DNA from: Podarcis muralis
Lineage: Eukaryota
DNA length: 64,000 nt
NCBI RefSeq assembly: GCF_964188315.1
Contig: NC_135668.1
Span: forward strand, 26,164,001-26,228,000
Direction of reading: 5' to 3'
The translations under genes were made by a program, and so were the position numbers. Below the pieces are notes generated by a model that worked only from the letters and a program-made list of their open reading frames with translations, was not told where the DNA came from and did no database searches. Shown in pieces: positions 22,878 to 33,241 of this stretch (the first letter of the stretch is position 1; every line of letters starts with the position of its first letter).

Positions 22878-24949
22878 ATTTAGGATATATGGCTTATTTA
22901 CACACATATACCACCTAAGCCTATGATAATAATAATAATCTATTACGATCAAAGACCAGACCCTAAACCTTTGTTAGAAGTGCTCACAGCATTAACACCC
23001 CAATGTGGTCTTGCTTCTCCCATAGCCACAGTATTGGATTCAAGCAGAAATCAAGCATGTCTCTTAGGCTTCGGCCTGCTTCTAGCTTCTACTCTGGACT
23101 TTGTATTTCTAACTACCAGCCAGTTGAGGGGGGGGCACCCATTTTTCCTCAGGCACAGAGCCACTTCCTTTGTTACCTTAATGATCCATACTTAGGGAGC
23201 CATTACAGGGAAGCTGGCCTGGCTATTCCAACAAATTAATCCTTGCTTAGATTTTAACCCTTGCTGGATCCGGGGATTAGAAGGGACTCGGGCATATAGC
23301 CTATCTTCCCTCCAAATTGACAATATCTTACCTGAATTCAGACTGAACTCTTCTGTGCTCCCCTGGAGTTCAGCAATACCAGCACTGGAATTGGGAGTTT
23401 GGTTAGGTAATCTTTTTGTTTTCACTGCTGTTTTTGATCTTGCTTTTGCACTTCATTAAAAGTTTAAAAGTGGCATCTTAAAGGCTTAACATATTTATTG
23501 TGGCACAAGCTTTCACAACTAGAGTCCATCAGATGCAAATTCCCTTTGAAATTTGCATTTTCTCTCTATTCACTGTAGTGTTGAAGTTGACTTTTTGACT
23601 CTGTCCTATTTGAAACTGTCAGCATGCCTGGTGATTAATTGTTGATTCTTAAAAAAATATTTATTGTGAGCCGCTGTGGACATGGTCTGCTGAAGATAAT
23701 TAAACCTCAAAAAGATGGAAACTACCCAGGTGCCTAGGCAAATGTGCCTGGAAAGCAATGTATCATTTGTAGACGAGCAGCCTACCGGATTTAAGGTGCA
23801 CATGTACCAATACATCAAAATAGTTCTGATAAGAGTAGACAAACCTACTGAATATCAGCCACTGGCATTTACCATTTCATGTGCGAAGTGCCCACAAGAC
23901 GGATGAAAATTCACAGAGCAATTAAAAACTCGGATCCATATTTTGCCATTTTGGGTTGGTAATAGTTTTGATGACCAAACAATTACAAATTGAGGCAGGG
24001 TTACAGGGCACCCAAGTTGAAAATCTGCCAGCCTGCAATCAGGTTATTTGTGTACACAGAGCAAGGGCTTTTTTGTTTCCCTGTACTTGTGTTCATTGGC
24101 ATAAGAGACAATGGCACTTTAAAGTTATGCAGAATGAGGCCATTCCTCTTCTCTTCATTAAACCAGATCCAGTTACTTGGGCTGCTTCTACATTAATTAG
24201 CAGCAATTGCTAGCTTGCAAACAGCAAGAATGAGGCCATCTGTGACTCACATCTCAAACAATGGGGAAGTCAGAGGAAGGCAGAAGACAAACACTAGTCT
24301 TGTGACATTCCAGATCTCTTACATCTTTAACTGCATTAAATATGTTCTTTACAGGCACTCTTCTGACCTATACTCTTCACAAGGTAAACCTCTGGTGTAG
24401 AGATCAGGGTGAGTTTTGCAATGGAGCACCAGACAGGATCCAAAACAAAAGAGTTTGGGATTAAGTAGCAAGAGTTCACAGTACAGGAAGCACAAACTTT
24501 TCAGTTCAAAGGTTGCCAAAGCACTGCTTGAATTGTTAAGGGAACATCACCTATTTTGAGGAAATGTGTGTAAAATATATAGAATGCGTTTCCCTAAACA
24601 CCTGAGGGAACACCTCCAAAATTATGAGCTTTCCTGAATAGGCAATGTGGCTTTTCAGCAGCTGTGAATGCAGACACTTTTGTCATTATTAAATCTCAAT
24701 TTGAAACATTTCAGCACATGTTTGTAAAAGTGCTTCACCTGAATTATTCCACACCTGGCCAGGTGCCGGGGATTATAGGGTATTAACATAACCTTCCTGT
24801 TGTGAAATCCCTGTTTAAATTTGATCTAATGTGTGAGGCTGCCCCAAAGAGCAGTCTTCTTCCAGTATAAAGGACTGTGTTCTCCTTTGTTAAATTGCAG
24901 CCCGATTAGACATAGTTAAACACACACACACACGTTCTGTACCCATTAA

Positions 24950-26200
24950 AGCAAAATAGTGTAGGGAGAAATAGTTGGGTTCTCCCCAATATCTGACGAG
25001 ACTGCCGACGAAGTGTGCTCTAGCCTGAAAAAAAGCTCGTTCCTCAAAAAATATGTTGCCTGAAAAGCTGTTCTCTTGCTATTCTTCCAAAAATGGTTTG
25101 AGCATAAGGGGAAGTAGATTACTCAAGGGAAAACCCAGTGTTTTTTAGCGGCATATTCTGGTTTATTGGTCATGTTGCCACTGGCTATGAAGACACACAT
25201 CCTTTTTTTATTTTGCCATCACACAGTTTTTGTTTCGTTTTCTAAAAAAGCTTCATGCTTTTTAAGCGCTGCATTGCTCTCAGCCTCTTGCTTTCCAGCA
25301 CCGCGGAAGAAGTGAGCACGCTGCATGCAAAAGCCTTCTTTCTAATCCGCCCTGGTTGGCTGGAGCAGGCAGAAAGCTGTCTGGCTGTGAGAAATGAGAG
25401 GACTGTGATGTCACCAGGAAGGCAGGGCTCCGGCTGACACAGAGCTCTGCCGTTGTTGACCCTCCTGTTTCCAAGTGAGCCGGCAGCCAACCAGAGCTCT
25501 TGTCCAGCCCAAGATGGCCTTTGAACTATCCACCAGCAACTTCCTGCTGTGCTTAAAAAAAAAAAAAGAGTACACAGTGCAATGCAGTATGTCTGTCAGC
25601 TATGCGGCACAAAGGAACAGCCATTTTGTGACAGACCTGCAGTAAAATGCTTAGCGTTTTCCTATTTTGCTCCGATCCACCTAGCCCACTTATTCTCCCA
25701 CAAAATAAATGCTTCGTGCCTCACACCACAAGAGATATCAAAGCCCCCCCTCCCCCACCAGTAATTCTCTCCCTCTCTCCCCTCCACCCTCATTGCTCAT
25801 TGTCCCCAGCTAAAAATCCTCATTTTAAATACGAGTGGTGCTTCATAAAATGGCCGCCACTAGCTGAATGTGCTTGTTAACAGAAATCTGCATGATGCAG
25901 CTTACAGTTACTGCTTACAGCTTTAATGAGAAATTGCTCTGGAAATAAAGCCCCCAGCTTGCAGGGAGAGCGTTAGCGGGCGCAACAAAAATGCTATATT
26001 AACTCTGTGTAGTCTTAACTAGTTTATAGATTGTGGTGCACGGAGGCAAATATAAATGTTGACATACTGAAGGATTTGCGATGTGAGCATGCATTTCGAA
26101 CAGCACAAAAGACAAGTCTCAAACAGCTATTTGTAAGAAATCGTAACGTTATGCAGACTCCTCTCATGTGTTATTGAATACCCCAATCTTGTGTACTGTT
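24950..26200 (-). promoter_or_regulatory. Candidate internal promoter or enhancer in CHD2 intron 2
   Basis: Free of recognisable repeats, locally CpG-enriched, with YY1-type AAAATGGCCGCC at 25847-25858 and palindrome GTGATGTCAC near 25405. Confidence 0.4.
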
Positions 26201-29200
26201 TACCAGGACTCCATTGGGTACAGCGGAGCTTACTTCCAAGTAACAGCCCAATCCCAACTATGTTTACTTGGAAGCAAGTCTTGTTTAACTTATGCTTAGG
26301 GTCAGGTTGTGCAGCCTCATGGAACTTCTTATGTATAGGGGGCTCCCGAATATATGTAGGATTTGTTGCAGGTGCTCCCATCTTGAATATGGCGTAGCTA
26401 AGGATCTTACAGGAGGTGCAACTAACCTGTGACCATCCAGAAATTGTTGGGACTCCCAACTCACAGCAGCCCCGCTAGCATGACCAAGGATCAAAGATGA
26501 TGGAAAGTACAGAACAGCAACAGCTGGAGAGGCACTGGTGGCCCATCCCAATCAACAGCCTACTTGGGGGTGGCACCCCAGTTAGCAAATTCCCTTGCTA
26601 GGAAGATTAACCTGGTATCTTCCTTCCCTAGCTTTCAGGCAGCAACAGGAAACATTTTCATCGCTGAAAAGTGCTTTTCATTAACACAAGACGCCCAACT
26701 GTGTTCAACAGGACTTAGTTCCGCATAACATGCATCAGACTGTGACTTAAGCCAGGTTTTAAGAGGGAGTGTGTTTCTCTATTCTTTTTAAAATATTGCA
26801 TTGTGTTTTGATTTTCTGTGTTTATTGTAAGCATTGCAGAACATTTTGACATGAAGTGGTATGGGAATTTAAAATTATTGGTTCATGAGCATATTGGGAA
26901 TAACATGGTTCCATGACAAACCTTGTGTGAAGTTCTTAATAGCTTGGGCTTTGAACGAAATCTTTTTCCAAATGACTGGAAGTGTTCCAAGCTATTTATA
27001 ATCTAAATCAAAGGTGGGCAACGTGTGGTCCTCCAGATGTTGGACTAAAAAATCCCTTTGGCCCAGTCAATGTGGCCCATTGTCAGGGATAATGGCAACT
27101 GTAGGTCAACAGCATGTGGAAAGCCACAGGTTCTCCACCCAACTTAAACCATAACAGGTTTTGTTGCAGAATATGCCACCACAGCTTTTTCATTCAACAT
27201 ACTTGCCCATAACCACATGAGAATATTCATTGTTCACTCACAGCATCCACTTGTTAGCTAAGAAGTGTGAAACATTATAATTATGAATAGGATTAAAGGT
27301 TATAAAACCAGAGAAACTATAGTAGGCAACCATTGTGCAATTACAAGCTGCATCAGAACATGGACTTGAGTTGTATATTATTTGGGAGTTTTATCCCATC
27401 CAATATAACGGCATATGGAAGAAGAAGAGACCTAGGGTCACCTACAAGTGACCCTAAAGATCATGAGCCACATAGAATCCCTATTCCAAAACTGTGGAGC
27501 AAGTATTAAAAAGCAAAACTTCCTGCAAGAATAAAATGTGTTCTCAAAACATTTCCCAGTAGGAATTGTGTTCTCTGCACAATGTATTCTTGTAGACCAA
27601 AGCATAGGAAACACTTAGGGAAAAGAAATCTTGAGCCAATTTTTGCAGGGTGGGGGAAGCAAAGGAAGGTAAGTTACTTCTTTCTCCTAAAAACAATATA
27701 AGGAGCATGGGACTAGTCCCATCTCTCTGTCTCATATACACATTTACCCACCCTTCAACCAGCACCCCAATCTTATCACTTATCTCCCAATCAAGAGAGG
27801 CCTTGATGTAAACCATCTATGACACGTTTCTCCACCCCAATCAGATACAGAAAGGAAGTTGCAAGTAGGATGTGTGTGTACAATTTTGAGGTGGCCTTCA
27901 TAAAAGTACTTTCCCCACAGATACACCTTCTACAACATTGAGACAACCAACAGCTCAGAAAATAAACTCCAAGGAGGAATTGTTTACAGTAAATATTGTT
28001 TTTTCCATTAGTCCCCGTGAGAAAGTATTGCTAGTAGTAAATATCTTCCTTTGAAGAACTGCAAGGGGAGGAGGGAGAATAGGGATCTTTATTTCAATAC
28101 AAAAGGTGTTAACATAATGCTTACCAGGAAAGCAAAAGTTCATGTGTGGAGGCTATGCAAATAATATACCCATGGGGAAGAAAAAAAGGGGGGGATGTCA
28201 AAGGGGTGGTTAATCTAATTTTCTAATTCAATTCACATTTCACAGCTTTTTAAAGGTTTAGTTTGCTGCCCCTCACGATACTAAACCCCTTTGTTCAGTT
28301 TATCACATTTATTTATTCCTAAAATGCAGTGGGTTTCTATCAACGTGGATTAACCGATTAACCAGCTAATTTCAAAAACAATGTTGTTACCAAGTCAGCA
28401 ATTTGACTTTCACAAGTACATGTCTGAATTGTGAGTTTCATAGAGTTGAAAATTATGAATTCCTAAAAAGAGATCCATGCTTTCTTGTACCTAGGTGTGG
28501 GAATCAAATGGCTTTTTCACCCCCATCAAAAATTGCAGCTGCCTTCAGTTTTAATCTTCAATTAAATATATCCACATCCACTGAAATATTTTACATTGCT
28601 TAAACTTTGAATCTCTTAGTGCATAACATACTGTAGGAAAACACCCACAACCCCTAGGGTTTTTCTACCACATGGTATTAATTCAAATTCTAATAATCTA
28701 TTGAATTAAAATCTAAACATCACAATAGATCATTCATACACTTAAAACAAGGAACAGGTTGGTACACAAATTATTTTCAGGATTATAAACACAAAAAAGC
28801 TGAAAATGGGATTTTAAGTAACAAAACAAGCTAGGGTCAGTAAATATGTTGCAGAAAATTATTATCAGAATTATCAGGGACACACAGCTAGAATTCCCTT
28901 GCTACAGGGCTAAGCAAAAAAGTGACAGATTCAAATTAAAAATATTTTTATTAGACTTGCCATCCCAACACCTGCAAAAAAAATACACAAAAAATCCCAA
29001 ACATTAAAATTTACTCCAAGTTAAAAAGAAAATAGACAAGATTCCAAGGTGTCCCACTTAGTAGATTCTTCCATTTAAAAGAGAAATGAACTATCAATGG
29101 GGAAATCTGGTTAAAGTGTATCAAAATATATTAAAATACCTAAAACAGTATCAAAGTTCTGTAAAGCCAAATTGAATATGAAGCAAAGGGTGTCAACCAC

Positions 29201-29726
29201 ACACACGCGTTCTGGTTTTTATTATAAAATGATTTTTTTTTCATTCATAAAACTTTGTGTAGTTTCTAATTTACAATACTATCAGGCTTCTGTCTGGCCT
29301 TCAACTAAAGTTTAGACTTCACAAATTCTTCAAAGGAAACAAAATCCCTTATATGTAAAATGGTGCAATGCAGCAGTGGCTATATAGGCAAGGTCATTTT
29401 TCACAGCACAAAACCCCTCAAAAACACAAAATTCAGAAGCTAAAACTTGCATAATATACAGGAAAAGGTTCCATCTGTAGAAAGGTGCTTTACCTTTTAA
29501 CTATGGCATGGGGCCTTTCAATCACACAACTTCCAGAAATTGCAACCAAAAAAAAAAAGAAAATCAGGGTGTGGCATATTAGCAAGCTCAAGGTCACTCC
29601 TTAGGAAAAAAAATCAAAAGCATTGAAATATATATTTTGTTTCTCTCCTGCTGGTAACCCAAGGGTGTCAAAAGGTAAACAATGAAATCAGGTTAATAAA
29701 AAAATAATAAAGTTGAGAGATCATAC

Positions 29727-29788
29727 CTCGAAGCATTGCTGTGGACTGAACCCTCCTCTCCTTGGCTTTTATCCGTATCTCTCATCAT
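29727..29788 (-). CDS. CHD2: CHD2 exon 2, coding part (start codon; 62 nt)
   Basis: ATG ATG AGA GAT ACG GAT AAA AGC... encodes MMRDTDKSQGEEGSVHSNAS(S), matching CHD2 [21 protein letters not shown]. Donor is AG|gtatga. Confidence 0.97.
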
Positions 29789-29865
29789 CTTTTTATTCTT
29801 AAATATTTAAGGGAAAGGTAGAGAGGTGGCTGTGTTTGCTTTGAAGTCCTGTGCCCAGGTATTTA
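29789..29865 (-). other. CHD2: CHD2 exon 2, 5' UTR part (77 nt)
   Basis: Acceptor cttttgacag|TAAATACCTGGGCACAGGACTTCAAAGCAAACACAG, resembling the human CHD2 5' UTR as recalled. It has an in-frame TAA upstream of the ATG. Confidence 0.85.
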
Positions 29866-30210
29866 CTGTCAAAAGTTGAAAGAAAGGTAAGGTCCCAGTT
29901 TGTGCCTATGGCTTTCAATACCAAGAACAAAGTCCTGACGCTGCAATGGTATTTGTTACAATAATGCAGAACGCTGATCAACACGGGGAAAACGGAGAAT
30001 ATTATACATTTAAAAAAAAAAAATACCACGAGGGTACACAGCCCTGGGGAGCATCCTACAAACTTTCCTAAAGTAACCCTGGAAGCAAGTATTCTCGGTA
30101 TTTTATTGCGTCATTCCAGGGTCGTTCAAACCGGTCGAGGAGAAAAAAATCAAAAGTATTCAAAAAGGACAAAAAACCTTCAAAATGGTAATTAATAATC
30201 GCCCACCTAC

Positions 30211-30760
30211 CTGATTCAGGCACCGGCGCCAGGTCCAACCCGATATTAGTTTCGGGTCGTGGGAAAACATTAGCTCCAAAATATCTCAACGGCAACACGG
30301 AGAACGAAAGAAAAAAGCCCGATTTCTTTTGAAAAACAATAAAATAAGGCGTTTAATCCCAAACGATCTGCATTCGTTCAATTGCCAGAGGCGATAATTA
30401 GAGCCAAAAGATGGGGTAAAAAAGATCCGGAGAAAAAAGCTCATTAAGAGAGCGCACAAAAATGGAGGTACGCCATGGCTTCCAAGCTAGGAAAAACAAC
30501 GACCTGGGCTGCCTCCACGGCTGCTTCTTTCCAACAAGGCGAAGGGAGAGCGCCCCAAAAAGCTGCTTTTCTGCCCGAAAAACGCTCGATGCCCCCTACG
30601 ACAGTCCCCGCGAGAGGCTAGGGGCCTCAGGAGCCCCCTGAGGTAGCCAAAAAGTTGGGCAAAGTTGCGCAAAAGTGGCGGAGGAGGGGGAAAAAAAGCA
30701 GGGAGGCTCAATGCGCTCTCCAAGGCACAGCCGCCATCTAGAGCTTTCTTCCCAGCTCTG
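30211..30760 (-). other. CHD2: CHD2 non-coding exon 1 (~550 nt)
   Basis: Donor ATCAG|gtaggt at 30211 leaves a 345-nt intron 1. Blocks such as GCCTTGTTGGAAAGAAGCAGCCGT and GAAGCCATGGCG.ACCTCCATTTTTGTGCGCTCTC match the human 5' UTR as recalled. The 5' end is approximate. Confidence 0.8.
30444..30476 (-). CDS. Upstream ORF in CHD2 5' UTR (MAYLHFCALS*)
   Basis: aagccATGG strong Kozak context, 10 codons and TAA. Translation is not demonstrated. Confidence 0.55.
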   Translation of the reverse strand: MAYLHFCALS

Positions 30761-32874
30761 AGCTCTGCCTTTGATTGACACTCTCTACATTTACCCCACA
30801 ACTCAGGTGATGTACCATAGACCCACCCCTTCATTTCCACCCAAAAAGAGAGGGGGAGCCTCCACCTCAAGGGTGCATACCCCCCATCACTGGCATCTTC
30901 ATACCCAACTCCAATCTGTGGAGGAGGCAACTTAACCCCATCTGGTTCAGACACCCTTTCCAAGCCAAAAGAGATATTATTGGTTGCTTTTGTTGGAGAG
31001 GATTGCCTTAGATCACTGTCCTTGGGCTAAAATTACTTCCTCCTTGGACAGGAAGTTGTGGTGTAGCAAGCCATTTTGAAGGAATGGAAGCAAGACTGGT
31101 ATCCAGTGGGTTGGCACCAGTGGTTAACATGGGAAGGCTAATACCCCCAAAGGGTAATTTTTAAAGCAATTCATCAAGTAGCTTATTTCTGATAGTGCCT
31201 ATCAGACACAAATAGCCCAAAGCCATTAATCGTATAAAAGTAATTCCAATGGGCACAAAAATAATTATCTATTAGCCCTTTTGACTCAATAGCGCCACCC
31301 TAGTGGTTCTATTTGAAAAGGACAAAATTATTGTGCTGGAATTCCAATTTGCTGGTTACCAAGAGGGTGTAAAATAATTCTAACATAGCCATGGTTCTAT
31401 GACCCATTTCCTGAGCTCTTCATTTCAGCCACACTCCAATGACAAAAGCTTACGTCTCAAACATCAACAATTAACAAATCTATTTGGAACTCCTATGGAA
31501 AAGGTGGCACAAGAGTTGCTTGTCCAGTGACCATTCCCTTCCTGATTGGGATATTGGGTATTTCTCATAACCCCAAACATATGGAAAGCATGTTATACCA
31601 TTGAAAAATACCATGGATGGACAAATGTCTATCCTCCAGTGACAGAGCAGAAGGTCCAAGCAAATGACAAGTTCCATCACTAGAACCAATCTGTTGCCAC
31701 TTCCCCACATTATTTCAGCCCAACAAAGCTAGTATACAATACACAATTTCAAGCGAGCAATTTGAAGAATTTAGTTGAGAATTCTCTACAATGGAAGAAG
31801 GCTATTCTTGAAGGTAGGTTCCAAGTCTTCAGATTGATGAACACCTTTGGGTCAAAGTTAGTGGCCACCTGAGATTCTGACTAATACCTCAAGCAGAATT
31901 AAATATCCAAGGAATCACACTAGTCAGAATCTCAGGTGTCTTGCCTAAACCCAAACCACCACTAGGCAAGCCATACAGAATACACATTAAGAATGGGTAA
32001 TTGCGCAACTCCCATCTTTACAACATTAATATCAGAAACATGAACATCATACCCATCAATAAGACTCTTCAACAGCAATCTGGCAGTTTAGATCCAGTTT
32101 CCCCTTAATAATTATTCACAGCAGTATGTCAGAAAGAAAATGGACCTTCTAACCCCAAAATTATGTATCAAGTTACTAAGCTACCAGATCTGAGTTACTT
32201 GGTAGACATGAAGTGGCAATAGGTATTCAGTAATACAATAAAATGCATACGGTTAACTTTAATGGTGTGCATAGGCAATTATTCAACCTAACTTCTTTAT
32301 CTAGCTAGGGTTGATTAACCAACATGGTAGAATCAAAACATTACAGATTTGTACAAACAGCAATCCATTTAAAATACTGTTAAGTATGATCAAGAAAATC
32401 AGACCCACATACCACACCATAAGGAAATAAAACTATAATTAAATGTTTAGAAAAAGTGTTGGTTTTTCAATATGTGTATATTATCCAACTCTAGAGCTGT
32501 CATAGGAAACTCTAGGTCATAGTGTGATGGTGAGGTGACTACACATATTTGTGCCATTCTAAGATAGTTGCACTGTTCTGAAAATGTCTTGCTGACATCT
32601 ACCATCATTTATCCTAGATCAGGCAGACATAAAACCCATAGGAGGATAGAACCTTTTCCACCTAGCCAGAAAACACAGAATATAAAGCCCCAACCAAGAA
32701 TAAGATCCTACTAAAAACAGACAGCAATCTGAAAAGTTAGCAAGTATTTGAAATATCATTTCACAAAATAATAAATTCTTTCTGTAATCAAACAGTTCTT
32801 GTCAACACAACCAGTGACAGGAAAGATCAATACATTAAGAACCTTTAAGCCTGAAAGACGACAAACAAGATAAA

Positions 32875-33241
32875 AATGTAAAAAAACCACTTTTATTTAA
32901 GCCATTTAAAGTAGCACAGCACTTCTGCCAACAGGGGAGAAAAGTATGCATACATTCCTGGTTTGAAAATTCAGTCAGCCCATTCCATCCCCAATGCCAA
33001 ATAAGTTATATTGGAAGGGTCAGAAATCATTTGATTTTTTTAAAAATCCATTTATCAGATGATCATTAGCCCAAATCTTCTCTGGTTTAGATTACACTGA
33101 AGTTCATCCTAAAGTGCCCCTCTTGGTTCGACATAATCAGCAATCATGCAATAGTTCATTCCTCAACCTCTCAATCTGTGGAACTGCCATCTTGATTTGG
33201 AACTCGTTGTCTCCCTTTGAGATTCTTCCTTTGTCTGGACT
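32875..33241 (-). ncRNA. CHASERR: CHASERR terminal exon 5
   Basis: Long U-tract acceptor ttttcttttaatttttttttataaag|AGTCC. Contains AAGATGGCAGT (33183-33193) and ends after AATAAA. Confidence 0.72.
32892..32897 (-). terminator. CHASERR polyadenylation signal
   Basis: AATAAA followed by gtggtttttttaca and a GU/U-rich downstream element (cttgtttgtcgtctttc). Confidence 0.65.

Larger units (their letters stand above)
29930..30800 (-). promoter_or_regulatory. CHD2: CHD2 promoter / CpG island, lying mainly downstream of the predicted TSS (~30760)
   Basis: CpG-dense segment with YY1-type AGATGGCGGC about 20 nt after the predicted TSS. TSS position is inferred from recalled similarity to the human mRNA 5' end (AGAGCTGGGAAG..CTCTAGATGGCGGCTGTGCC). 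Confidence 0.8.

Noticed and set aside
24900-26200. Orthologue of human intronic MIR3175
   Set aside because: I see no matching hairpin sequence here.
30487-30963. 158-aa minus-strand ORF across the CHD2 TSS
   Set aside because: It starts upstream of the inferred TSS, overlaps 5' UTR sequence and resembles no known protein.
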